Shown: piece after piece, positions 20,194 to 29,063 of the stretch
Layout: each line of letters begins with the position of its first letter
How positions within the stretch are numbered: the first letter of the stretch is position 1
Assembly: GCA_002477545.1 (NCBI GenBank)
Contig: DLQJ01000007.1
Span: forward strand, 19,942-83,941
DNA: 64,000 bases
From: Patescibacteria group bacterium UBA7435
Lineage (GTDB): Bacteria; Patescibacteriota; Minisyncoccia; Phycocordibacterales; UBA918
Direction of reading: 5' to 3'
Program-made: the position numbers and the translations under genes
Notes under the pieces: generated by a model
Seen by the model: the letters and a program-made list of their open reading frames with translations, nothing else
What the model was told of the DNA's origin: nothing
The model's database searches: none

Positions 20194-21111
20194 ATGAAAA
20201 AAGAATTAACTTTTATAGGACTCGGAAGGATGGGAGCAGCAATGGCAGCAAATCTTGTTGAGCAAGACTACACAGTACACGGGTACGATGTGGACGACAA
20301 AGCGCGGTCTTCAGCAGATGTTGATGGTGTCATCGTACACAAAACACTTGAGGAGGCAGTTTCTACATTGCAGACACCTCGTACTATCTGGCTGATGCTC
20401 CCTTCAAAATATGTTGACGCTACACTCAAACAATTACGTCCTTTACTCACCTCAGGTGACACTATTATTGATGGAGGCAATAGTTTCTTTAAAGACTCAA
20501 TACACCGCCACAATGATCTCATGGCGGAGCCGATTCATTTTCTTGATTGTGGCACCTCGGGTGGTGTTAGCGGTGCACGTAATGGCGCATCTCTTATGGT
20601 TGGTGGACCAAAGGAAATTGTAAAGCAGCATGAACATATTTTTACTGCACTTGCCATAAAGGATGGGTACGGGCACGTTGGAGGTTCTGGTGCAGGACAC
20701 TTCGTAAAAATGGTACACAACGGCATTGAATACGGCATGATGGGTGCAATTGCTGAAGGAATTAATGTACTACATCATCATAAAGATGGCCTAGACTTAA
20801 ACATCAACGAAACACTCAAACCGTACCAACACGGGAGTATTATTGAAAGTAATTTAATGAACTGGATTTCTGATGCATATCACCTTGATGGGTATTTAGA
20901 AAAAATTGCCGGGGAAGTACCTACGGGAGAAACAGAGATGGAGATGGAGTATTTGATAGACCACGAAGATGTGCGGGTACTTGACGCGGCTGTACTACAA
21001 CGTAAACTGACGCGAATAGAACCCTCGTTCATTGGTACTCTTATTTCTGCAATGCGTAATCAATTTGGAGGTCATAAAATAGTAGACAAGGAGCCTGTTG
21101 ATACCGAATAA
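20194..21111 (+). CDS. gnd: 6-phosphogluconate dehydrogenase, short (YqeC/Gnd-like) form
   Basis: 'FIGLGRMGAAMAANL' Rossmann motif and 'GTSGGVSGARNG'. Confidence 0.8.
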   Translation: MKKELTFIGLGRMGAAMAANLVEQDYTVHGYDVDDKARSSADVDGVIVHKTLEEAVSTLQTPRTIWLMLPSKYVDATLKQLRPLLTSGDTIIDGGNSFFKDSIHRHNDLMAEPIHFLDCGTSGGVSGARNGASLMVGGPKEIVKQHEHIFTALAIKDGYGHVGGSGAGHFVKMVHNGIEYGMMGAIAEGINVLHHHKDGLDLNINETLKPYQHGSIIESNLMNWISDAYHLDGYLEKIAGEVPTGETEMEMEYLIDHEDVRVLDAAVLQRKLTRIEPSFIGTLISAMRNQFGGHKIVDKEPVDTE

Positions 21112-21116
21112 CTAAT

Positions 21117-21827
21117 ATGTCTATACCTAACATGCTCAATATCATGAAAGACACTGCGCAAGCAGTATCTGTTGCATTAGAGACTCACAAAAACAGTGAG
21201 GTGCTTCTGCTACTTGCCGGCGGCTCTGCACTGGATGTGCTTGAATATGTGGACACAAGTAGTATTAATGAATACACAACGATCATGATGATGGACGAAC
21301 GCTTTTCGAGTAAACCAGATGAAAATAATTACCTACAAATGAGTAAGTCATCCTTCTTCGAAAAAATTACTAAAAATGAAGCATACACCATTCCAACAGT
21401 TCCTGAGGAAGGGGAGACTTTAGAAAGTTTTGCTGAAATACTAAACAATACCCTACATACCTATTTTTCTGAACACCCAAACGCAACTGTACTTGCTTTG
21501 TTTGGCATAGGCGCAGATGGGCACACTGCAGGTATTTTTCCAATGAAGAATGTGGACTTTGTTGACACATACGGGCAAGGAGAGCTGTACGTACCAGTAC
21601 ACACAGCTCCAGCACCCTTTACACAACGATCGAGCATTACACCAAAATGCATTATGCAGCATGTAACAACTGCCTTTGTATATGCAGTGGGAGCAGAGAA
21701 AACTGCTATTTTGCAAACATTACATGATCCATATGAACTACATGAACTTCCTGCATATATCCATACACAAATTGAATCAAAGATTTTTACTGACCTTCCT
21801 TTGCAAAGAGAGCAAACTAGCACATGA
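21117..21827 (+). CDS. pgl: 6-phosphogluconolactonase
   Basis: 'LLLAGGSALDVL' and 'FGIGADGHTAGIFP' GlcN6P-deaminase/Pgl family motifs. Confidence 0.8.
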   Translation: MSIPNMLNIMKDTAQAVSVALETHKNSEVLLLLAGGSALDVLEYVDTSSINEYTTIMMMDERFSSKPDENNYLQMSKSSFFEKITKNEAYTIPTVPEEGETLESFAEILNNTLHTYFSEHPNATVLALFGIGADGHTAGIFPMKNVDFVDTYGQGELYVPVHTAPAPFTQRSSITPKCIMQHVTTAFVYAVGAEKTAILQTLHDPYELHELPAYIHTQIESKIFTDLPLQREQTST

Positions 21828-22312
21828 TGCAAAATTTATTACTTACCAAAACCAACAGTGCGATATTTACTCTAACTATACTTCTGATTGGATCTTCAAC
21901 GTTTATATATACAAACAATAAACACAGCGTTTCTAATATTGAAGATTTCGAGTCTCCTGTAGCTGCATGTATTCAAGCACTTCCTAAGAAAAAGAGGAGC
22001 AGTCACTACGAGTCCATAGTAGTACAGATCAACACAGATCTACAAAAAGACATCATCCTTAAAGAAACCGACACTACCTATTGCAACAAATTTGGATGTG
22101 CATACGAACTGTGTCTTATCACGAATACTTCTGCCGAAATAATTCCTTTTGGGTATACAGCTAAACGTCTAGTTGTAAAAAATACACACAACAATGGTTT
22201 ATACGACATTCAACTACTTGGGGAGCAGGCAACAGACCTTCAATGGGACGGCAACCAGTACATAATTAGTGGTCACTCACAGATTACAGAACCTGCAGAG
22301 CATTACCACTAA
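21824..22312 (+). CDS. Hypothetical membrane-anchored protein, ATGA-overlapped with the pgl stop
   Basis: N-terminal TM helix. No recognised domain. Confidence 0.4.
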   Translation: MMQNLLLTKTNSAIFTLTILLIGSSTFIYTNNKHSVSNIEDFESPVAACIQALPKKKRSSHYESIVVQINTDLQKDIILKETDTTYCNKFGCAYELCLITNTSAEIIPFGYTAKRLVVKNTHNNGLYDIQLLGEQATDLQWDGNQYIISGHSQITEPAEHYH

Positions 22313-22385
22313 AAGTTATTTAAATACTAAGGGTCGCACAATATTTCTACATAGGGAAGTGCAGTCGGTTGGGAAGATAGCTAAA

Positions 22386-22418
22386 ACAACTCAATCTTGA
22401 GTTGTTTTTAGCATTACA
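22386..22418 (+). terminator. Hairpin terminator after the zwf-gnd-pgl operon
   Basis: 'aaaacaactcaatcttgagttgttttt'. Confidence 0.55.
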
Positions 22419-22868
22419 GCAGCAACTCTGATACTCAGAGTGTTCCAGGATGAAAAAACAGGTACTAAGGTACCAGTAGAAATTTTTTGGCAAAAATTAT
22501 TTTGAAAATTTGAAATTATTTTTTGAAATAAATATACACGACTCAATACTCAAGCAGAAAGTTTTAAGATGCTTAGAATCCATTACAGAAGCGTGAAATA
22601 CAAGCAAAATGGATAATTATAGATATTATCTACATAAGCCTAATTCGATTCAATATGTTACTTATAGGTACATTAGGTCACAAAAGTACACTGTACGACG
22701 TGTATTAGGATGCTCTTACTACAAACATATCTGTTTGCGACGTATACACATGGCTTTGCCATTATGTATACGTCGCAAAAGATATATTGTGCGACGCTTA
22801 TAAGAATAGTTACGCTTGTACAATAAGCCCTTCCCGACTATAGTGTGCGTATCAACAAGGAGGTTAAA

Positions 22869-22988
22869 ATGATTTGGATAAAATCTATCACAGCAGTTCT
22901 TTTGTTTATCGCAGTTTCGGGATGTACTGCTCCATGTAATACAGGTTCAGGCCCTCTAACAATGTTCTTCGAATCTGTTTGCGATTAA
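22869..22988 (+). CDS. Small (39 aa) putative lipoprotein
   Basis: RBS 'aaggagg' about 7 nt upstream of the ATG. Signal peptide plus lipobox 'AVSGC'. Below the ORF-track size cutoff. Confidence 0.35.
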   Translation: MIWIKSITAVLLFIAVSGCTAPCNTGSGPLTMFFESVCD

Positions 22989-23045
22989 AGAAATTTCACA
23001 TAACAACAAAAGCGCCAAACGGCGCTTTTACTCTATTCCCCTTCC

Positions 23046-23507
23046 CTAGCCTGAAATCTCACTTTTAACAATATTTTTTTCAGCATCAAATACGAAGGCT
23101 CCAATAAATTTTTTACTTTCCAGGAGCATGGGCATCCAATGCGGATCATCTTTCCACATTTGATGATATGGAATTTCAGTATCAGGAAACCACTCAGGCA
23201 CCATTTCATCAGTTTCTGTTATTTTCCCTTCAAATTCCTCCACTTTATATATATGTACTTCATGGAGCTCGTCGGTATCCATATAGGAAAATTCTATAAT
23301 CCCCATTTTATGTTCAGCAGTAATGACAACACTGACACCTGACTCCTCATGCATCTCTCGCACTGCAGCTTCTTCAGGAGTTTCATGAGCTTCAACTTTT
23401 CCGCCAAAACCATTAAAGAGACCTTGACCAAAACCACGTTTTTTCATGCCCAGCAGTACACGGCCTTCAGTATGTAAAATACAAAGTGTTAAAATTTTTC
23501 TATCCAT
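23046..23507 (-). CDS. NUDIX hydrolase
   Basis: Nudix box 'GGKVEAHETPEEAAVREMHEESGV'. Confidence 0.8.
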   Translation of the reverse strand: MDRKILTLCILHTEGRVLLGMKKRGFGQGLFNGFGGKVEAHETPEEAAVREMHEESGVSVVITAEHKMGIIEFSYMDTDELHEVHIYKVEEFEGKITETDEMVPEWFPDTEIPYHQMWKDDPHWMPMLLESKKFIGAFVFDAEKNIVKSEISG

Positions 23508-24307
23508 GCTTGCTCACTTAAAAACTGGCCTTCTAGTAACATTGCGATGTGTTGATCGTACATGCTGGTATGTTGTGTAAGGAATACATTGCGTAATTGT
23601 GCCTCTTTGCTCAGGAGTGTCTCAATCTCAGGATGTGATTGAAGGTACGTTCTGAGTTTCATTGGGATGCTTTCTGTTTGTGAAAATACGGTAACACCGT
23701 TTCCAAATCGTTTCCTAATTTTCGAAGCAAGTAATGTGTAATGTGTACAGCCCAATATAATGCCATCCACGGCGACGCCTTGTAATAATCGATCGTCAAT
23801 CAACGCTTCGGTAATTGCGTAAGCACCAGCTATGTTCCCATCTTCAAGTAACGGAACTAATTCAGGTGTCGCTATAGCTTCGATTTTTACATCAAATTCA
23901 TTACGCTTACCAAGCTCAAGATGATATTTACCAGAACTTACTGTCCTTTGCGTTGCGAACATAAGTACTCGTTTACAGTCACTTTCTATGACATCTTCAA
24001 TAACAGGCACAATAACACCCAATATCTTACGATCTGGATACTCCAGTGGCAAAAATTCTTCCTGTAAGCGCCGTAACGTCTCCGCAGAGGCCGTATTGCA
24101 GGCAATTACTACCAAACTACAGTCTTTGGTAAAAAGATACTCTACGCCTATTTTTGTTAGTTCATAAATCTCCTCCTCAGTACGATCACCATACGGAAGA
24201 TGTTTAGTGTCCCCATAATATTCATAGTCATACTGTGACAGTTCTTTAGCTACTGCTTTCAGCACCAGTAATCCACCCAATCCAGAATCAAAAAAACCTA
24301 TTTTCAT
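23489..24307 (-). CDS. murI: Glutamate racemase
   Basis: 'FFDSGLGGL', 'VIACNTASA' and 'LGCTHY'. Confidence 0.9.
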   Translation of the reverse strand: MKIGFFDSGLGGLLVLKAVAKELSQYDYEYYGDTKHLPYGDRTEEEIYELTKIGVEYLFTKDCSLVVIACNTASAETLRRLQEEFLPLEYPDRKILGVIVPVIEDVIESDCKRVLMFATQRTVSSGKYHLELGKRNEFDVKIEAIATPELVPLLEDGNIAGAYAITEALIDDRLLQGVAVDGIILGCTHYTLLASKIRKRFGNGVTVFSQTESIPMKLRTYLQSHPEIETLLSKEAQLRNVFLTQHTSMYDQHIAMLLEGQFLSEQAWIEKF

Positions 24308-24465
24308 AATATCTATACAGACACTATAGCAAATAGATTCTAAATTACCTCATGAAAACAATTTCTTTACATCAACAACCGAGGTCATCCGAGGATCTGA
24401 TGAAAGAACTCTTCCTTGATTATTAATGATACTCAGCACATCAACCTCAACAGAAGAACGATGCA

Positions 24466-25026
24466 CTAGTACTTGCGGATCACTCCTTTTACGATCGCTG
24501 CGATTCGCATGTCGTATTCTGGATAAATTGGTTTGTAGTTTTTGTTTGCCGGTTCGAGCCATACTTTTTTTCCATCAGTTTTAAAATATTTAAGAGTCCA
24601 TCCATCGTCAACTTCAGCTATAACGATATCTCCATCTTTAGCAGTCTGTGATCGTTCTGCAATAACCAAGTCTCCTTCATCAATATGTGCTTCAATCATC
24701 GAATCTCCTTTCACTTCCAGAATAAAGGTCTTTTCTTTCTTTGGGACAAGGTATTCTTCAATACTTAATGTGTCGAGCACTTGCGAGTCTGCTGTACTTG
24801 GGATACCAGCTTCAACAAGACCAAGTAAGGGAATTTCCCCTGCGCTCATTGCAGGGAGAATTTTACCCTGTGCATCTTTTTCCAGTATTCCAGCGTCAAT
24901 AAGCTTGTGAACAAGTTTAGAAACAGCGTTCTTTGATTTGAATCCAACGAGCTCCATAATCTCCGCATAACTTGGCATGCGTTTGTTTCGATTATAGAAT
25001 TCGAAGATTTTATCTTGGTGACTCAT
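24466..25026 (-). CDS. lexA: LexA repressor
   Basis: N-terminal winged HTH, Ala-Gly cleavage site ('VEAGIP'), and an S24 domain with 'GDSM' and a catalytic Lys. Confidence 0.9.
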   Translation of the reverse strand: MSHQDKIFEFYNRNKRMPSYAEIMELVGFKSKNAVSKLVHKLIDAGILEKDAQGKILPAMSAGEIPLLGLVEAGIPSTADSQVLDTLSIEEYLVPKKEKTFILEVKGDSMIEAHIDEGDLVIAERSQTAKDGDIVIAEVDDGWTLKYFKTDGKKVWLEPANKNYKPIYPEYDMRIAAIVKGVIRKY

Positions 25027-25059
25027 AATTAGTATTGGTAACTATAGTTCTATAGTACC

Positions 25060-25260
25060 CTATGCTCGACTAAAGAAGTTAAGACGTAGTGGACTAATAA
25101 TAAGTCGTGCCCGTTCTTCCCTTCGGATCTGTCGTAGTAATTGTCGGTGTCGTCGCGCTTCTCTTTTGTAATCTGCATGTTCAACGATCTTGCAATCGAT
25201 GATACCGTTTAGATTTTGAATCTCTTTGTTTAATGCCTTTAGATATTGTTTTTTACTCAT
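25060..25260 (-). CDS. Small basic hypothetical protein, first gene of the lexA operon
   Basis: 66-aa ORF directly downstream of the LexA-box promoter. Arg-rich C-terminus. Confidence 0.45.
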   Translation of the reverse strand: MSKKQYLKALNKEIQNLNGIIDCKIVEHADYKREARRHRQLLRQIRREERARLIISPLRLNFFSRA

Positions 25261-25295
25261 ACTATTTTTACTTATTTCCCCTCGTAATTAAATAT

Positions 25296-25324
25296 AGTAT
25301 AGGTGAACGATCGTTCACCGTCAA
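25296..25324 (-). promoter_or_regulatory. Sigma-70-type promoter (TTGACG-17 nt-TATACT) with a Cheo-type LexA box (GAACGATCGTTC) filling the spacer
   Basis: Perfect 18-bp palindrome 'ggtgaacgatcgttcacc' at 25302-25319. The -35 is at 25319-25324 and the -10 at 25296-25301 on the minus strand. Confidence 0.75.
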
Positions 25325-25370
25325 GTAATTATCTCCCCGTAAATGTGTGGACAAGGAATGGACCCTATTT

Positions 25371-25601
25371 TTAGCCAATTACAATAAATCTATCCATCAT
25401 TTTTCCATCAACGTCAATAGTTTCCTCAAACATTTCCTGAGGACGTGCAAACACTGGCTTGGGCCCTAAGTCATCAGTATCATACTCCGCTCGGTAAATC
25501 ACGAGCATCTGCATGGTCTCGCTATGATGGGCGATTGCTATTACAGTATACTCTTTCCCATTTTTGTAATGTCTGTATTTTTTTCCTGTCTCAGCCTTCA
25601 T
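25371..25601 (-). CDS. DUF1653-like small protein
   Basis: 'YRHYKNGKEY...HSET...LVIYRAEY' pattern. Confidence 0.55.
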   Translation of the reverse strand: MKAETGKKYRHYKNGKEYTVIAIAHHSETMQMLVIYRAEYDTDDLGPKPVFARPQEMFEETIDVDGKMMDRFIVIG

Positions 25602-25603
25602 AC

Positions 25604-26809
25604 TTAGTTATGCTTTGCGTGATAAATTGCATTTACTGCAAGGGATGCCAGTGCACCAATGATGAACGTCCATTCAATTGAGAAATAGAATGTTAGTGCA
25701 ACCATACCAAACAACGCAAGAGCTCGTCCGATGTGCGACGCCATCTCACGCATCACAGTAAATTCATCAACGTACCTCCCCTGCTCCCCAGACATGTCAT
25801 AAAGAATTGCACTGTATGGTGTTTTTATAAAAATCTTAGTGATGTTGTGATACAGACCCACAAAGAAAATCTGGGTTGCCGAAAGCACAAACATTTTAAT
25901 CACCCAACCAAATGCATAAAGAATGCTCCCCCGTTTAAGCGTCTGCACTTTACTGTGTCCCTTCCCGTCAAGATACTTCCCGACAAACAACTGTACAAAG
26001 ATAGTAACTCCAACAATCACCGTGGAGAGTGCCCCAATCTCAAGCATGTTTCCGTTGAGTACTTCGTATAGAAAAATAGGCCATGCAATAAGATTAACCA
26101 CTACCTCAGCACCGTTTGCCATTTCTCCCACTAATACGTTACGGAAATCAGGAGAAAAGAGATGTTGTGTTGTTTCTTTATACGTCCACGTAAACTGCTC
26201 CTCTACTGCGGGAACAAACAAATACGACACTCCGGCTGCGGCAAGAAGTACGACACCAATAGCAAAGAGCACTTCGTAGCCACTGTTTTGTACAATATAC
26301 CCGGCCAAAATTGGCCCAAGCATTCCCATGAATGCAATAGTCGCAAACATAAGTGAGACGTCTCTTCCCCGCTCCCCTCCTTTTGTAAAGGCGGTAAAAT
26401 CAACATGATACGGCACCCAGTGAAAGACACGAAACCCAACCATGGCTATAACCAGAGGTGCGAGCAAATGCCAAATATTTATTCCATCAGCAAAAAAGAG
26501 GATGATGAATTGAACAACCGAGAACACGGCACCTAGTGCAAGTGTTTTACTAAAACCAAGTATATTGGTGATTCGCATTCCAGGAACCAAAAATAAAGCA
26601 TATCCAATAGAGACAGCAGCATAGAATAGACCCACGATCCAAAATTCTAAACCAGTAGTCTCATACAAAAAGATAGGGACAAACATCCCCATCATGGCGG
26701 TTGCGAGACCTTGTATCAGACGCTTGGAGATAAATAACTGCAAAAAACCACCTTTTCGCTGTGTTCCTCTTTGGACAAGTCGGGAAAGTACTACCGTAAT
26801 TCGTTCCAT
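25604..26809 (-). CDS. MFS transporter
   Basis: 12-TM hydrophobic profile, 401 aa. Confidence 0.65.
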   Translation of the reverse strand: MERITVVLSRLVQRGTQRKGGFLQLFISKRLIQGLATAMMGMFVPIFLYETTGLEFWIVGLFYAAVSIGYALFLVPGMRITNILGFSKTLALGAVFSVVQFIILFFADGINIWHLLAPLVIAMVGFRVFHWVPYHVDFTAFTKGGERGRDVSLMFATIAFMGMLGPILAGYIVQNSGYEVLFAIGVVLLAAAGVSYLFVPAVEEQFTWTYKETTQHLFSPDFRNVLVGEMANGAEVVVNLIAWPIFLYEVLNGNMLEIGALSTVIVGVTIFVQLFVGKYLDGKGHSKVQTLKRGSILYAFGWVIKMFVLSATQIFFVGLYHNITKIFIKTPYSAILYDMSGEQGRYVDEFTVMREMASHIGRALALFGMVALTFYFSIEWTFIIGALASLAVNAIYHAKHN

Positions 26810-26875
26810 ATCTATGTATTGTACCGCACACTGCTTTTTTAAAAGGTTATGTTACGCACGTATACAAAGTTAAAC

Positions 26876-27358
26876 TTATGCTTTTGCAAGCTTCACAACG
26901 TATTCAAAATGTTTTTTTGATACAGGGGTTATAGAAAGTCTACTCCCTTTTTTTGTCACTATCATCCCCTCTAACTTTGGATCAAGTTTCAATTCATTAA
27001 GTGTCACAATCCGTGGAAATTTCTGAATGAATTTCACATCCACCAGTAGCCATGTAGGATTCTCCTTTTTACTCTTCGGATCTGGATGATCACTCTTGGA
27101 ATCAAACTGTGTCGGGTCTGGATAGGCCTCACTTACAATTTTCATTTCTCCAACTACACCAATTTCTTTTGCATTGGAGTGATAGAACAGCACGTGATCT
27201 CCAATATGCATATCATCACGAATCATATTGCGCACTTGATAGTTACGAATACCATCCCAAGGTTCAACCTTGTTCCGCTTAAGATCATCAATCGAGAAGC
27301 AATCGGGCTCAGATTTCATTAGCCAATATTGTGCACTTTGGGAGGTTTTTGTATTCAT
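26876..27358 (-). CDS. EVE (PUA-like) domain protein
   Basis: 'YWLMKSEP...WDGIRNYQVRN...GDHVLFYHS' EVE signature. Confidence 0.75.
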   Translation of the reverse strand: MNTKTSQSAQYWLMKSEPDCFSIDDLKRNKVEPWDGIRNYQVRNMIRDDMHIGDHVLFYHSNAKEIGVVGEMKIVSEAYPDPTQFDSKSDHPDPKSKKENPTWLLVDVKFIQKFPRIVTLNELKLDPKLEGMIVTKKGSRLSITPVSKKHFEYVVKLAKA

Positions 27359-27404
27359 TGTTCTAGTATACTAAATATATAGTTTTATTACATAACTAAC
27401 GCCT

Positions 27405-27833
27405 ATGAACTTAACCACACTTAACCAATACGCAGCACCAGCTGGACGTATCCTTGTAGGAGCATTCTTCCTCCTCGCTGGAATTGGGAAGCTTACCAAC
27501 ATTGAAGGTACTGCAGGATATATCGCTTCAACAGGATTACCTATGAGCACATTCTTAGCATGGGATGCTGCACTATTTCTTATACTTGCAGGAGGAGTAC
27601 TCATCATTGGTAAATATATGAAAGAAGCACTTGGGTTGCTTGCTTTGTACACCATTCTCGTAACTGCACTCTTTCACGGGCCTCATCTATGGGCTGATGA
27701 TCCTACAGGAGGACAACAACTCAACTTCATGAAGAACATGGCATTGCTTGGAGGTATTTTGTACATGTTTGCACACACAGGAAAAGGACATGCCGAGAAA
27801 CGAACTGAATCACAATCACAAGAACAAATGTAA
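27405..27833 (+). CDS. DoxX-family membrane protein
   Basis: 'RILVGAFFLLAGIGKL' DoxX motif, 4 TM. Confidence 0.7.
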   Translation: MNLTTLNQYAAPAGRILVGAFFLLAGIGKLTNIEGTAGYIASTGLPMSTFLAWDAALFLILAGGVLIIGKYMKEALGLLALYTILVTALFHGPHLWADDPTGGQQLNFMKNMALLGGILYMFAHTGKGHAEKRTESQSQEQM

Positions 27834-27888
27834 GTTACATACATACAAAAAAGCCACAGCATGCTGTGGCTTTTTTGTATGTTCAAAT

Positions 27889-28287
27889 CTAGAGCGTTGG
27901 TGTTCCGGGTATTGTGGGTACTGTGGTGGTCCCAAACAATCCTCCTGCGATGATATTCACAATTCCCCAAATGGAAACCATGAGCACAAAGCCGATGATG
28001 GCATATGTTATTAGTTGTTTCCCTTTCTCTCGTTCTGCCTCATTTCCTCCACCAAGGATGAAGTACTTAAACATTCCGAACACAAATACCAACAGGGCAA
28101 GTGTGAATAATAACGGGATGAGAATGTTATCTATAAAACCTCCGATGTTTGTAAAAAATGTATCTACCTCTCCAAAGTATTGTTGTGCAGATGTCACTAT
28201 TGGCATTAACAGGATCAACATTGCATACTTCCCTATTGTTTTCTGAGCTTTATTCATATTAGTTATATTACCGTATACAGCTATCAT
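27889..28287 (-). CDS. VirB2/TrbC-like pilin-family small membrane protein (paralog 1)
   Basis: Signal peptide, TM1, charged loop 'GGGNEAEREKGKQ' and TM2 'GFVLMVSIWGIVNIIAGGLF'. Near-identical core to the next gene. Confidence 0.45.
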   Translation of the reverse strand: MIAVYGNITNMNKAQKTIGKYAMLILLMPIVTSAQQYFGEVDTFFTNIGGFIDNILIPLLFTLALLVFVFGMFKYFILGGGNEAEREKGKQLITYAIIGFVLMVSIWGIVNIIAGGLFGTTTVPTIPGTPTL

Positions 28288-28290
28288 TAT

Positions 28291-28662
28291 CTACGCACCA
28301 ATATCAGGTCCTGATGGAGTGTTTGGCGGTGTGTTATCAGGAAACAATCCTCCTGCGATAATATTTACAATTCCCCAAATAGAAACCATAAGAACAAAAC
28401 CAACTATCGCATACATCACTAGTTGCTTTCCTTCTTCTCGAGCTGACTCATTACCTCCGCCAAGAATAAAGTACTTGAATACGCCATATAGGAAAACCAG
28501 TAGTGCTATGGCAAAAATAAGCGGAATAAGTACTGAATTAATAAACCCGCTTATGTTATTAAAAAATGTATCTACCGTTCCAAACTGAGCTAATGCCATA
28601 ACTGGCAGAGCAAAGAGACTTCCAACAATTGCTATTCTTTTCATATACACAGTATATAGCAC
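28291..28662 (-). CDS. VirB2/TrbC-like pilin-family small membrane protein (paralog 2)
   Basis: Same architecture. The shared block 'LLVF.YG.FKYFILGGGNE.AREEGKQL..YAI.GFVLMVSIWGIVNIIAGGLF' is also similar at the DNA level. Confidence 0.45.
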   Translation of the reverse strand: MLYTVYMKRIAIVGSLFALPVMALAQFGTVDTFFNNISGFINSVLIPLIFAIALLVFLYGVFKYFILGGGNESAREEGKQLVMYAIVGFVLMVSIWGIVNIIAGGLFPDNTPPNTPSGPDIGA

Positions 28663-28690
28663 TGTTTTGTATAAAATAAGTCATATACAC

Positions 28691-28725
28691 AAAAGGCCGG
28701 AAGCAAAGCTTCCGGCCTTTTGTTG
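28691..28725. terminator. Bidirectional Rho-independent terminator
   Basis: 'ggccggaagcaaagcttccggcc' flanked by A- and T-runs. Confidence 0.65.
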
Positions 28726-28766
28726 TGTATACCGAGTCTTAAACTCTACACGTGGAGTTGCAAATG

Positions 28767-29063
28767 TTAGACAGACGCAAGTGTCCGACTCCAACACGGT
28801 GCTGATGCACTCCATGGTTGTGTACCTGATCGCTCATAGAGGTCTCGGGCATACGCCATGTTATCGTAGATATCTTCCATATCGAGTCCCATTCGATCTG
28901 CAGTCTCACCATGGTAACCAAGGTTGATCTGCATTACTCCTGTATCTCGATTGTCTACATGTCCACGAAGAACGGTACCGTCAGCTAATGTGTGTCGAAA
29001 TGTCGATTCACATCGCGCAACCTGGATCATTACTGGGATATCCGCAAAGTACTCTCGTACCAC
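28767..29063 (-). CDS. SLT/lysozyme-like (lytic transglycosylase or Rpf-like) domain protein; true N-terminus probably upstream (to about 29215) with a non-canonical start
   Basis: 'ARCEST...DTGVMQIN' resembles the SLT catalytic E-S...GLMQI motif. Upstream in frame there is no ATG, but a TM-like segment 'WLIISTVIAAIIAVTG' is encoded. Confidence 0.5.
   Translation of the reverse strand: MVREYFADIPVMIQVARCESTFRHTLADGTVLRGHVDNRDTGVMQINLGYHGETADRMGLDMEDIYDNMAYARDLYERSGTQPWSASAPCWSRTLASV

Noticed and set aside
27371-27655. 94-aa minus ORF overlapping the doxX start
   Set aside because: It is antisense to a well-supported DoxX gene and low-complexity.
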